From positions 130,467 to 194,466 of the forward strand of contig NW_002060980.1 of the NCBI RefSeq assembly GCF_000150275.1: a stretch of 64,000 nucleotides of DNA, read 5' to 3'. A model generated the notes under the pieces. It did not search any database and was not told the DNA's origin. It saw nothing but the letters and a program-made list of their open reading frames with translations. Source of the stretch: Trichoplax adhaerens (lineage: Eukaryota; Animalia; Placozoa). How positions within the stretch are numbered: position 1 is the stretch's first letter; the number at the start of each line of letters is the position of its first letter. Made by a program: the position numbers and the translations under genes. Below, piece by piece: positions 26,546 through 41,220 of this stretch.

Positions 26546-29500
26546 ATGGATGTCAAGAAATTGAGATTGACTTCCACCATAAAGTTATTTTTCTTAATTT
26601 TTATGATTGTCGATCTCATTGATATCGAAGCTACTACTTCTACTAGCAGCTATCACTACCCTGTAGTTACCAATAACCAGATGATTAAATCTTTGGAAGG
26701 AATAATTCAATACTACGAAAATAATTATCAACATATCATACTTGATGGATATTTTGGATTTACTGGAAGTAAAGGTATTCTTTTCCGATGTCTAGATCGA
26801 TATTATTAATAGCCAGTAGCATTCTAGTCGTAAACGTGTGATTTGACGAAAATGGGGGATTTCAGACTATAACAGTACTAGATTTTTTTCTTTCTTACGA
26901 TATTACATAATATTATATCATAGAATATACTATATTAATGATTATTATTACTCATAAATCTCAACTTATACAGGAATTGATATTTTTATCTTCTGCTAAA
27001 TATTTATTATAAGCAAAGTTGTCAAGTTAATGTGATACTCAGTTATAATTATTAGGTTTATTTATATTGTGATCATAATATAGTGCAACTACAGCATACA
27101 GAGTACAATCGACACGATTGTAAAAGTATTCTCTACGGACCGCAAAACAAGTTTTAATTCTATAGGGAGTGATTAAAAACTTTAGATTAGACTATATTAC
27201 ATGATATTATTTGTACAAATCTTCTTTAGCCTACAATAGTAGAAATAACACAGAATATAGTTGCTCAGGGTCAATTCCTTTTCTATCATGGGAATGATAG
27301 AATCACTAATACTGTAAAGAAGAATTGACGATTATCAATTTACTTATACCTTGATCGGTGAAGAAAGGCGTTGTATACGGTCTTATGTTAAGTACTACTT
27401 ATTCTATCGATAACTGAAGTAATATATTCCGCTATATATCAGCACTGCACATTTGTACAGCTTTCTGCCTCTAAACTCATCGATCAGTGTAATAATACAT
27501 TCGATTGATGATCTTAGTGAATATTAAAAAAAAGTGCAAGACGATAAATTACTGACTGGGCATAAAGTTTCGAACAATTCTAAAATAGCCTAGATTATAA
27601 CGTAATGTATCACTAGCATATATCCGAGATAGACATGGAGAACTGAACTAGTCATAAAACTATAAAATATCATTTTATCATTCCTTGATTTACTGTACAT
27701 TACAAATTTAAAATTATTTGAAGTTTTCATGCACAGAAATAGCCTCTCAATAAATTTACCTGTTAAGATATTAATTAAAGTACTGTAATTTGCTCTTTGT
27801 GACGTATTTTTGAATAACATAGAAGTAAATCTTTAGCAATAGTTCAAAGTCTAGCCGTTATAGGTACTTTGAGAATAATTTAGAATCACAACCTAANNNN
27901 NNNNNNNNNNNNNNNNNNNNNNNNNNNNNNNNNNNNNNNNNNNNNNNNNNNNNNNNNNNNNNNNNNNNNNNNNNNNNNNNNNNNNNNNNNNNNNNNNNNN
28001 NNNNNNNNNNNNNNNNNNNNNNNNNNNNNNNNNNNNNNNNNNNNNNNNNNNNNNNNNNNNNNNNNNNNNNNNNNNNNNNNNNNNNNNNNNNNNNNNNNNN
28101 NNNNNNNNNNNNNNNNNNNNNNNNNNNNNNNNNNNNNNNNNNNNNNNNNNNNNNNNNNNNNNNNNNNNNNNNNNNNNNNNNNNNATATTCTTACAATAAA
28201 ATATAACACTTAAATATTAAATTATCAAAAATTACATTACAATATACTGAAAAAAGTTGCAGCGTATTTTGTTATGTTTTATATCATGATACTTTAGCTA
28301 TTAAAGTCTATCTTACATCAAGTAATTTGATTAAATTTGATTTTATTTACTCAAGGTTTTATTCGAGCGACCATTAAGAATTACCATGATGGATTATCTA
28401 CTTTAAATACTCAGCAAATTAATCGTGTACAACAAATCTATCAGAGAATTATTGCTGTTTCAAAACGGATTGAACCTATATTGGCAAATAACTCTATGGC
28501 ATACAACACAATTGGTAAAATAGTACAAGGGTCACTTCCAGTACCGAAACGATTGGTTAAGCTGAATTTTACTAAACTTTACAATGTCAGCAGTGACGAA
28601 ATTTTATCTCCAAAATCGGGCTATATGAATATTTCAGATTGGTGTATAGGAAATATCATAGGCTCAAAAGCTCTCCATGTAGCACCGTGCACAATTAGTG
28701 GTAAGTTCTTGATTTTATTATAGATTCAATATTACAAATTCAATACTACTGTAGTTACGTTATATATACGTGACATATATAACGTATTTTTGCGGTTTGT
28801 TGATTTTAATTCTTAATTTTATTGTAGATTCAATGTTATAAATTCAACACAGATATAGTTACATTATACATAGATAAAATATTTTGGCCGTTTGTTGAAT
28901 TTTATTTTTGATTTTACTACAGATTCAATATTATAAGTTCAATACAGATAGAGTTACATTATACATGCGTGACATATTTTTGCCATTTATTGATTTTCGT
29001 TGATGTATGCCATTACTTGCAACCTGTATATATATACAATCCAAATTCAATTGGTTTTTTTCCATTGCTGAAAGATACTTGCTGGACAGGCATTACCAAC
29101 TACCATGGAGGTTATTATGGAATCACACATCAATTGATAACTATTCTCAATGGCCAGCGATTGAATTGCACAGAGAAAATGAATAAATTAGCTAAAAACT
29201 TAGGAGGAATTCAAAAAGTAAAAGAAGTACTATGTACTCAAATTTATTATCAAATGCAGAAAGAATTAAAGAAAGGATTGAAGAATATCCAGATGCAGGA
29301 TCTATTTCTAGAACAAATTTTTGTATGTGGAGGCTGGATTGGCTATCAACAATTTCTGAAAGCACAATATTTATCGATGATGTTAAAATGGCAAACTAAA
29401 GCAGGCTGCTTTATACCATATTATGGTCCATTTATTAGTTTGCACCCCAAATTCAATAAAAAGTATGTTGCTACTATATTAAAATAGCTAATACTATCAC

Positions 29501-30245
29501 ACTAGCCATAAATTATATCGAATTAAAGTAGGGATGATTACTATAAATTTTCAATCATAAGAACTAACATATGTCAAGTATTAAAAACTTATAACGAGTC
29601 CTTTATTATATAATGTTGCATAGTTATACTCGAGATAGCAGCCAATATTCTTCTGCAACTGATGAACTACGAACAAATCTGATTACACCAGGTAAAATTA
29701 GACTAGGAAAATTACAGCTTTTTCTCTTTAACTATTGATATGTAACGCGTTTAAATTAGTATTATCTATGAAAATTTCTGTAGAATTGAATTGCGAGTTT
29801 TGTAATTAAATTTTCATGATATTATAGCTTTTGTTTAGATTTACTATAGTTATTATTTGTGCTATTTAACTGATTTGCTTAGCATATCAGCACGCTGGCC
29901 ATTTTAAATAATACTAGATCTTGTATAACATCCTTCAACCCCACTAAATAGAGTATATTATGAATTAGGCAGGCATATCGCTAGTAATTGCATATGATCA
30001 TTTAGTATTAATATTAGGAGCCATAAATTTTATATTGTTAGCACAATATGCTATAGAAAGATATCTTAAATTAGTATTGTAAATGATTATGTTTCTTCCT
30101 TTCAAAAATTCTAGATGGTTGTTATGAACATAGAACTTCAGTAGCTTTGATTGATGTATCGATATATTTATATTGGAATTCGCATAAAAAGCAATCATTG
30201 CATTTATCAACTATGACTACATTGACATCGACAAGATACAAGTAG
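26546..30245 (+). CDS. C16orf89/UPF0764-like, copy 2 (~386 aa; frameshift removes the TM anchor, relic TM/tail frame to 30396)
   Basis: Exons 26546-26774, 28356-28700, 29075-29462, 29624-29691, 30115-30245 (1161 nt); same motifs; TAG at 30243-30245 precedes a TM helix encoded in the +1 frame. Confidence 0.85.
27897..28184. other. Assembly gap (288 N) inside intron 1 of copy 2
   Basis: Run of N. Confidence 1.
28721..29000. repeat. ~100-bp intronic tandem repeat, 3 copies
   Basis: agattcaat.tta.aa.ttcaa.ac...agttac.ttata at ~28722, ~28826, ~28921. Confidence 0.8.
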
Positions 30246-32372
30246 TAGGAGGCTATTTCTAGCATTTACTGTATTTGGAATCATTGCAATTGGATTAGCG
30301 GTCATTATGGTCTTCGTTATTATTTTAACCATGTACTATATATGCCCCTTTCGTGGTAAAGCCTATCCTTATCATAAACTTAACTATGAAGAATAAAATT
30401 TACTAGTGGCAAGGGAAATTAAGGCTGTAATTAATAAGTATTAGCTTCTCATATATCGATCGTGGTTCACTGTAGTTAATGAAATTGAATATATAGAAAA
30501 GGATGCAATTTACCGGATTCAGTTATTATCATTTTCTATATCAAGACCTTTTACATGTATTATTGACAAGGATAATTAATTCTAAAACTAATTTTGTAAT
30601 TGCTATACATAAATATGACTCTCTATTCAAGGTATATTTAAACCTGTTTAAATTGTTACGATACGGATTAATTTGTACCAAAACGAAATAAATTTAAATG
30701 TGAAGAATAGCTGGCACAATTAATTACTTTTAAAACTTTTGGATATGAATTAAGTTATAAGACTTTAATTTCTTACATATAATATGTTAAATATTATCCT
30801 ATTGGATTGATGTTACACTTTCAACCACTAATATGGAGATAGGAATAGCACTTATTCATTTGAAACAATTCTATTTCTCACTAAATAACAATATCGTCAG
30901 ACCGTATTTAATTGACATTTTATTTATGTACTGTAGCGCAAGATATCTAATGTTTATATCGTTTCCATCGATTTACACTTACTTAAATGTTTACCTATAA
31001 TCTAACTGTCAGTCAATATTATCTATTTAATTAAGCAGCATGCAATACTTTATCAAGGCAGTTGGAATAGCGATGTTTATTCATAGTAATCTAAGTAGTC
31101 TATTTATTAAAGCCTTCCCTTGACAATTTGTCCTTCTATGACATTGATATCATGTCCAATAAATTAATCCTTTTAAGCGAAGAGATTTTCTTTCGCAATC
31201 ATGAGTGATTGCGAGGGTTTATTGATAGTTATGATACTGGATAACTCCGTAAATAGCAATTATTAATACGAGTAAAACTTTTTCTTCTTTAGCCAGTTTG
31301 GTAAGCCAATATGAAGTATGTACAATTGATTTATATATCAATTCTAAATGACAAATTAAATACTTATAGTAGGATAGAACCTGATGGCTCATGGTAAAAG
31401 GACGTGTGATTCATAAAATAGACTTTTCGAATTTGTAATTGAACCGTATCTTATGGTCGATATTTGATCGATTACCAAGTACAGCTGAAAGTTGCGCCAG
31501 CATTTTACACTAGAATGGAATAATTCAACTGGTGCCAATAAAATCATTCAAGGATTAGGCTTGATATCGATGATAATTAATCGACGTTAAAAAGTACTTG
31601 AATTATTTATTAATATCACGTGAACATGCTATTAATATTAGCTAATGAATAGTTACAAATAAAATTGATATAAGAAGAATAAAAGCTGGAACAGAATTGT
31701 TGGTTTAACAATTGAAGAATTACTTATAGGGAGAATAAAAGTTTTAGGGTATTATTCGTGATTGAATACGTTAATTAAAATAAGATGCCCTTCGGCTAAT
31801 TCTTCATTAATAAAATCTTTATGAATAGTTTTCATTCAGTATAAAGTAGAAGACTAATTGTTATCCTATATACCGATTATAATACTGTCTTACTTTTGTA
31901 TGTCTTCAATAATTAGATCAAAAGCTCGTTACAATTATCTGAATATCAATTTATCTAGCACGATAGTTATTCCATCTACGACCCATTTCGATTAACTTTT
32001 GATCAACACCACCTGTCGATAGTTAGCTTTCCTGGTACATCATCTTCTGCTAAAATGTACCTATAGCAATAAAATACTTTAAATAGCTTGATGTGTCTAT
32101 GGAGTACATAATACACTCATAGTTTTATGATCTTATAGTTTACAGTTCGATAGTGTAAGTTACAGCTACCAACGTTGTTGGATCGTTCTCACATTCCGTA
32201 AACTTCCAAAGATAGCCAACTCCTACGGAAGGTATGGTGTCGTATCTTGGTAGATTAGACTTTTACATGATTAATTAGATATGCATCTTAATATTATCTA
32301 AAAACTTCAATTTCATTTATTAGTAATAATTCATACAAAGTAACTTGAAACTTGTATTCTCCCCAAAATTAG

Positions 32373-35300
32373 ATGAATATCAAGAAATCAACAACGATAA
32401 TTGGCATAAATTTACTTTTTTTGCTGTTTTTGGCTGTTCATATCGCTAACACAGACGCTGCAACTTTTGTAAAAAGTTATCATTATCCTATTCCAGCTAA
32501 TGATCAAATAATTAAATCATTAGAAGGATTGATTTACTACTACGAGAAACATTATCAATCCATCATATTTGACGCGTATTATGGACTCATCAGAAGCGAA
32601 GGTATTATTTCAATCTTTAAATTGATAGTTATCTAGCTAGTAGCACGGATCTGGCAAACAAATGTATGAAAATTGAAGGTGTTTTAAATTATAATGACGA
32701 AAAGTTTACTCTTTCTAACGATCCTACGTAATATTATATAGTTAATTACTGCTATATATTTATTAAGATTAACACAGGAATTGATATTTTGACCCTCAAT
32801 TAAATAATTTTAATAACTTGTCGATATCAAATCAATTTAGTACTGGTATATGATTGTAGTAAATACGTTTAGTTATATTGTTAGTCGTAAACATCGTAAA
32901 CACTTTGCAAGTAAACTATTATCAAGACGATTGTAATCGTAGTCTCCATGGAATTAGAGTACAGTTTCAAATCCATAGTGAGTGGTTTAGAAAACTAACA
33001 TCAAGCTAAAATGGTAGAAAATCGTAAATCCATAGGGATTATTTATGTAAATTTACCTTAGACTAAGTCATACCTCCTTTATTTAGGCTACTAAAAGTGG
33101 TAAAAGCATATAATGTAAGTTTTACAGTGTCAGTTTTCGTATGGTTTTAAGTTAGAATCATTAACGCATGTAAAATTAATCGTAACCAGCTTACCGTAAT
33201 ATAACTAAATCAGCAAAAAATTACTTACTGCGTGAAACGTTGTTCTAAATTTTCTCGCTTTTCTTAGTAGTTAACATGTAAAGGATTGCATTATCAGCTA
33301 CCGAATACAGAGACACTAATGAATAATAATTAAAATGATTAGTAACTCAGTGAATTTTGCAAGAAAATTTCTATGATAGATGAAAGACAGCTGACTTAAC
33401 GCTGACTCCAATGGTATATAAACGATATTGAAGATAAATCGTTATCATCTAGCTTGTAATGAAATTAGTCACCGATATACTCTTATTCAAGACTAAGAGG
33501 GCCATAAAGTCCTGAAATATAACTGCATCAGTTTTAAAATACACTTTAGAGCAATATAATTGAATCACCTTCGCTCATTCATACTAACTAAAATGGATAA
33601 AAATCATTTCTGACTATTACTGTACAGTATCCTTGTTATACGTGTATTAAAATAATTCATTTGGATTTTGCACATAATGCGTATTCGCAAAAGTTAGATT
33701 TTTATTGATTAAGCGTTTATGAAAATACAGTATACAGTATCACTGGTTCGCCATAATCCTTCTTCAATAGTACTTTTATCGTGTATAGTCGAAAATGTTA
33801 TCTATCGCCAAATCTTTAACAAATAAACTAAAATATTTATTTAAATTTTGTGATAATACAGCATGAACTATACAGAAGATATACAGGCACTGATTATATA
33901 ATTGTAGTTACTCAATGATGAATGATGGCACAGGAAACTTCTGCATAAAGTATGGGTGTAATCCAGTAGTACTATTAAATTATTGTAAAAAATTGCCATA
34001 GACATCCCAAATTGTTCTACCGAACTCCGTACGATAATCATCTTTCATTAAATTATTACTCTACCTATTTTTGGTTCATTTATGATAGTTATTTACTGTT
34101 AATACTCATTTCGATTGGACAGAATCATGGACTACTAGATTTATCCATGATGTGTCTAGTTAGGTAGTCCATGACAGAACCATCCAGAATTCCTAATGCA
34201 TCATTGGTAAAATTACAAATTTCAAATTTTTACTGGTACATATTTATAGTATTTCAGCAAAGCGATCAACGTATATGGGATCGATTGGCATCGTTCTTAG
34301 CATTCGTTAAGAATCATTTAGAAACAATCACCAAAGATGATAAAAATTTGTTACCAGTTTACGAAATTACCCCATGTTTCCGTATTTCGTTAACATCTTT
34401 CATTTCACTTGATCCTCTTGTAAGAGATGTGTATTAACTAGTTATAATTTAGATATAGTATAACAGTTTCAAAAGCCTTCAGTAAAGGTCAATTTTCATC
34501 CTACTTTTTGTAATATAAGTATAAGCTCGTATATTGAAATTTAAAATCTTACTATGCTCGATTTAACCTTAAGAATTCTGTTTATTCTTCCTTAAAACAT
34601 GGAACACCTTGAACAAAATTTTAAATCATCATAAAATATTTTATTTTTGAAGATTTTATACTAGCTACCATTAAGGATTATCGTAATGGAGTGTCAACGT
34701 TAAATCCTCAACAAATTAACCGTGTGGAGCGAATTTATAACAGGATCGTGGCTGTATCAAAACGAATTAAACCAATATTAGCAAATAATTCCACTCCGTA
34801 TTCTAGTCTTCAAAAAATCGTACAGAAACCAGTTCCGGTAGCTAAACAACTGGTTAAGCTAGATTTTACTGAACTCTATAATGTCAGCAGCGATGAAACG
34901 TTATCCGAATTTTCGGGTTATATGAACATTTCAGATATATGTATAATGTCCATTATAGGCTCGAAAAAGGTCCATCTGCCCGTATGCACGATAAGTGGTA
35001 AATTTTTGATATCATTTGTAAATTAAACATAGCTGTAGACACCTACATAAAATAATCTTACATTTCTTCTACTTCTTGTCAGCTTTGAAATAAGCGTAAA
35101 TAAAAACAGTTTAATTAAACTTTACGTAAATCTAAACTCAAATTGATTTTCATTGATGAAGATACTTGCTGGGCAGGGATTACCAACTATCACAGTGGCT
35201 ATTATAGTATCACTCATCAATTGCTAACAATTTTCCATGGCCAACAATTGAACTGTACCGATAAATTGAACAAATTAGCTAAAAATTCAGGAGGAATTCA

Positions 35301-36840
35301 AAGAGTGAAACAAATATTATGCACTCAGGTTTATCATCAAATGCAAAAGGAATTAAAGAAAGGCCTAAAAAATATCCAGATACAGGATCTGTTTTTAGAA
35401 CAAATTTTCGTATGTGGAGGTTTGGGTGGTTACGAGCAATTTTTAAAACCACAATATTTATCGATGATTTTAAAATGGCAAACGAAAGACGGATGTTTTA
35501 CTCCATATTATGGTCCATTCGTCAGTTTACATCCTAAATTTATCGTAAAGTATGCCATTATTAGGGTGATAGTATTTAAATTAATATTTAAATTAGCATA
35601 GATCATATCAGCTTTGATAAGTACTAAATCCGACTTTCTGCGTAAAGTGATGTAAATTTTCTTTCTTGTAAACTAATACATGTTGACTATTGCAATATCG
35701 TGATAAAGAATCATCCATTATACTTCTTTTTCATAGTCGCACTAGAAATGCTGGCCATTATTTATCGTCATCCCATCAATTACGGACAAACCTGATTACA
35801 CCAGGTAGAAATTTGTTGCTATTAATCATTGAACTAGATCTCGATACGAAATATAGAAAGATGATGTGAACCTTTAGTCAATTTGTGTTATTTAGCTTAC
35901 TGAATCAAAGATATACCTGCTAACTGTATTATTTAAGTCTCTTACTTAATCATATGCCGTCATGATAATAATTATTTAATAATATATTAGCAACTGTTAT
36001 TTAATCCTCATTCTAATAGGTAAGCTACCTGTGAGCAATATCGAGTTAGTATAGTTTGTCACAAGTAATTAGGTCTCGATATAGTATGATGAGGTGAATC
36101 CTTTTGTCAGTTTGAGTTATTTAGGTTACTGAATCAAAGATATTGTAGCTCTTAACTACATTATTTAACTTTTTACTTAATCTATCGTCACAATAGTTAT
36201 TTGACGTCATATTAGCAAATATTATTTAGTATTCAGTTCTAGCAGATAGGTTACGTATGATTAATATTGAGTTCGTGTAGTTTTGTCTCTAGTAATTTTA
36301 TATTACTCAATAGGAACTGAAGAGACAGATAACACATTATGCCGCATTAAAAAATACTATTCAATCTTAAATTCTAATGGCTATATTGAAATATACTGAA
36401 TTAGTAGAGTTTATTACAAGTAATTTTATATACTTATAGTGCATTAGAAGCAATAGCATACTTTATACTTTTAATTTAATGTGGTATGGTCTAAAATGAT
36501 ATTCTAGATTACCATAGCAATTTCTCTGCTTATTTTTTTTACAAAAATCGTAGATGGTTGCTATCAGCATAGAACTTCAATAGCGTTTGGCTTAATATCA
36601 GTATATTTATACTGGAATTCTCTTAGCAATCAATCGCCTCATTTATTAACAACGACAATGTTAACGAATGCAAGTCCGAAGTGGGTGTCTGTGTCTATTA
36701 CTATACATATAATTGATAGCATTGCTATTGGATTTGGCCTTGTTGTAATAATGATCATAATTTCAACAGTAATAATGTATTTCCTTTTCTCTCGCCATCG
36801 ACGAAGACATGTTTATCGAAAACTTAGTACTAACGAATAA
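32373..36840 (+). CDS. C16orf89/UPF0764-like type I membrane protein, copy 3 (~438 aa)
   Basis: Exons 32373-32601, 34653-34997, 35162-35549, 35737-35804, 36554-36840 (1317 nt, in frame); DGCYQH, TM helix, YRKL tail. Confidence 0.9.
35837..36297. repeat. ~230-bp diverged tandem duplication in intron 4 of copy 3
   Basis: ttatttag.ttactgaatcaaagata and flanks occur at ~35890 and ~36120. Confidence 0.75.
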
Positions 36841-38670
36841 CTATTACAACTAAGGGGGGAAGTAAAGGAATCTTTGAATATTAGTTTGTCGCATCTTGAT
36901 CATGATTCAATATCATTAACGATAATCTATATTCCATGTGTAAAATGACACAATTTATCGAATTATGCCTATGGTGACTATAATTGTGTATCTATGTGCT
37001 AGTTACATGTAATGACAATGAGCAAAAAGGAAAAATTAATTTATATATATATATATGTATCGTTTTGGATAAATCTACGTCATATTTTTACATAAATTAC
37101 GATAAATTAAAGTCACATTTTGATTACATTTTCTAATGTAAACCGTATCCAAGTATAATTTTAGATGTTATGGTACAATTCAATCATTCCTTATTAAAAT
37201 TAAAATATTAAGCGACATATCGTTAAATTAATATCACATTCCCATTTGTTTTTTCGATTTCCTTTTTCCCTTGTAATATATAAGCGCTGGTTAGTAAATG
37301 ATAAATACAGCTATAAATTGCATTAAAATATCTTTTGTTATCTTGTGAATAAGATATATGTCAATACTTTCTTAATCGATTGATATTTACTAATACATAA
37401 TTATTTAACGCATATACCGGGTATAACTATATAAACAGAAGATAACGTCGATGCTGTTTGGGCTTTATTCTGATTAATTATAAGTTAATGGTATAAATCT
37501 TAATAATGAGGAAGCTAAAAATAAGACTAAACAGCTGAAATAACGTTATTTAAGATATAGTAATATATACTGTGATTCAATTATTTATCCTCTGATTATG
37601 AAAACGTAATGTATTTTAGACACAATAATTAAGTATTTTCATTCACTGTCGTTTCAATTTGCTAAAGTCTTGTAGATGATAATGATATTTGTTACTTTAA
37701 TAAACTGATATCATTCTTAAAAATACCTCTCTTATTATACGGGTAGTATAAAATCAGCTTGTTACTTTATTATAACTGCAAAAGTAGACATAACTGAAGG
37801 AAAGTGCTTGTGCATCATATTCCTAATAGATTGTCTTTGAGTTATTTTAAACTCAGATTTATTTATTATAGTACACTAAATATAATTCATTAAATATGAT
37901 TCAAATAATATTAGCTCTATACTATATCTTATATGTTCACTTTTACGTATACGTATCATGAAATTATTTTCTATTATAGCATATGCTATTAAACTTATAT
38001 TTTATACAATTTAAAGCAGTTAAGATCAATAGTATTGAAGGTATGCTAGTTAAAATTATTATTACGAAAGTAATTTGTCCATAGAAGTCACACAAACTCT
38101 ACTTGATTCAATGATAATAGATTCGCTACAATCGACTTTCAGACAGCTAAAGTAAATGATGATGTTAGATATTCATTTGTTATTTGGGACTAATAGCATC
38201 CATAGATGAATCTTTTAATAAAAATTTAATATCGTCTGCCTAAATAGAATAATGCAAAAACTATTATGCTAAGTAAATTATATTTATTTACAAAACAATT
38301 ATACACGAATATAATTTATGAATATATTCTTGATATGAAAAGATATTGCCTTTATGAAAATTCATAGATGTTATTTTACAAATTCTACCACTTGATTCAC
38401 ATTAATCAAGTTAGCAATTGTAATCTCATGCCTAAATGATTTAGAGTTTACTTACTAATACAATCAAATTGCGAAATAACGAGGAATTATAATACATTTT
38501 AAGTATAGCTAATACCTTAAATACCTGGCAGGCTTTCTAAATTCTATTACAATTAGATTCGCCAAGAATTTGAGTACTGATGAGAAAATGCATGCTAGAG
38601 ATCCTAAGAAGAGCAAAAGATAGACTATCACATATTAATAAACTACACTAAGTCATTTAACTTCAAAAAT

Positions 38671-41220
38671 ATGGATATTAAGAAAAAAAGAACATTTAAA
38701 ATCTCACTGGTGTCTTTTACTCCTCTTCTCCTTGCCTTACCTATTTTTTCGGTTGCAGTAAGTAATACTATCACCAGCAGCTCTTACTCTCCTCCAACTT
38801 ATAATCAAATGATGCATGCCTTAGAAAATTTACTTCAATACTATGAAAGGAATGCTGAACATATTATCGTAGATGCCTACTATGGATTAAAAGTTACAAC
38901 CGGTAAGTAGGATTTGTAACTACTGTACTGTACTTCAATCACTGTTTGTATCGTAATCAGCAAAGAGAAAATATGAAAAAGCTTCATATCGAAAAATGCT
39001 TGATAATATCGATGGACGCCATGACCTTTAACTATACCCTAAGCTGTGACAAAGTGTTAACTCTAAGTATAATACTTTATATCCATGTGTTTAACAATTT
39101 AACTATTACACATTATTGCATGTTTAGGATACTTACATGACCGTTATGTCGTTCATCTAGTTTTTGATATTCTGTAAAAGCTTGAGATAACTGTAACTGA
39201 TCATTGCATCTTAACACCTTGCTACGATGTTTGACGATAACATTGACGTCGTAATGGGGCTAGCTTAAAATTGTCATCTATAGTCATTATTTAGACAACT
39301 TTACTGCATTTCTCGCACTTAAATTCTAAAAGGTATCATTACCTGCAAGCCGATTTAATATTATTGTACTTATATGAGAATTGCAAGCATTTTAATATTT
39401 AACCAATAATCATTTAGAAGGGCTATAAGAATCTCTTAACGTATAAAATGTAATCTTGTAATAGCTAATGATACTTTTATTGTCTATTCATCAATCCGAC
39501 ATGTAGCATTAATCCAACAGACTATTCACAGCTATGAGAATGGAAAATCGAAACTGGAAGAGAAACAAATTGATCGTCTTAAACAAATTTATCAAGATGC
39601 CCTCCGAATTTCAAAGCGAATCGAAGAAACATCAGGGCGTAATTCTTCAGCATATATGAAGCATAGTAAAATGCTACATACATCTTTCCCATTCCCTGAA
39701 CGATTAGCCAAGTTAGAGTTGGTCAAAGATACTCCTAATAATAGTGGCAATAGTTCCATAGATTTTATTAAAATATCTGATCAGTGCTTGTGGGATATGA
39801 TGGGTGGAGGACTACGTCATCCACCAGTTTGTACAATTAACGGTAAGTCATTTATTGGGCGTAATAATATTTTACTATACCTATTGAGTCAATTTAGTTC
39901 GCAATTTCAAAATGCTCGTACGACTCTATAGTCTATCTATGCTATACTAATATATCTACGTATAAAAGATTAATTGAAACGAAGTAACCGAATTTACTGC
40001 TCTGTTACACACTGTTAAAGATTCTTGCTGGCGTGGACTGACGGATTTTAGTACAGAGGGCTACATAATAACTCATCAATTTTTATTAATATTTGTTGGT
40101 GAGCAATTTAACTGTACTGAGAAAATGAATCAACTCAGCCAAAATTTAGGTGGAATTGAAAAAGTAAAACAGGCTCTGTGTACTCGTATTTACTATCAAA
40201 TGACGAAAGCTTTAGAAAAAGGTTTAGTTACTGGAAAGATGCAAGATTTATTCATAGAGCAGATCTATATCTGTGGAGGTACTGGTGGCTACCAGCAGTT
40301 CCTTCGTCCTGAATTTTTATCTATGATCCTAAAATGGCGAACCAAAGATGGATGTTTCTCGCCCTACCATGGACAATATATTAGTTTACACCCCAAATTG
40401 GCTAGGAAGTAGGTTATCTATTAGCCATAAATTATGAAACAATAGTATCTAAAAAATAGCATTGCTATTCTAGTATTGGTTTACGGAGAACTCTTTAATA
40501 AATTAAAATCCTATTAAAAATTGAAATGTAACATTTGCTAACGATGCATAACTTGCATTTCTTCTACCAAAAGTAGCGGTGGCATAAGTGACATCTATCA
40601 TCTTAGGAAAACCCGAAAGCTACTAGCTAATCTAATTTCACCAGGTAATACAGATACAGCTTTATCATTTATTATCCGCCTATATGAAGTGGCGATCTAA
40701 AAATGAATTTTTTACTATTAATTCGTTATTCTATTTACACCATATCGTTATTAGTCAGTCTTTTAATTATATAATTACATAAGTACTACATAGGTTACAA
40801 TGTGACTGATTCGATAATTATCAATAACTAAGGGTAAAATGTATTTCTATTAAACAGCGAATACTAGTATTTATCTTTCATTTAGTAGTATCTAACCTTT
40901 GAAACCTATGCTTCCATTTAATTATAGATGGATGCCATGAACATATGACGGCTTTAGCAATGATTGATATCGCTCTATATTTACGTTGGCTTTCGTTCCG
41001 GGAGCAATTACTAACAACCACTTTTACTTCAGTTACAGACGTGAGCAAATCTATTTCAGTAACAAGCATAAGCAAATCTGCTTCTTTATCACCAGGCATT
41101 GTAGCTGGTATCGTTATTACCATTGTAGTCATTGCTGTCATTATTTCACTACTATTCGTTTACTTTGCTAATCCTTTCCATCGCGAAAGACAAGGCTATC
41201 GAGTTATCAGTTCAAGATAG
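38671..41220 (+). CDS. C16orf89/UPF0764-like type I membrane protein, copy 4 (~439 aa)
   Basis: Exons 38671-38902, 39507-39842, 40021-40408, 40574(or 40577)-40644, 40928-41220; DGCHEH, Ser/Thr-rich stalk, TM helix, GYRVI tail. Confidence 0.9.

Noticed and set aside
27886-28209. 107-aa poly-X ORF
   Set aside because: Artefact of the N gap
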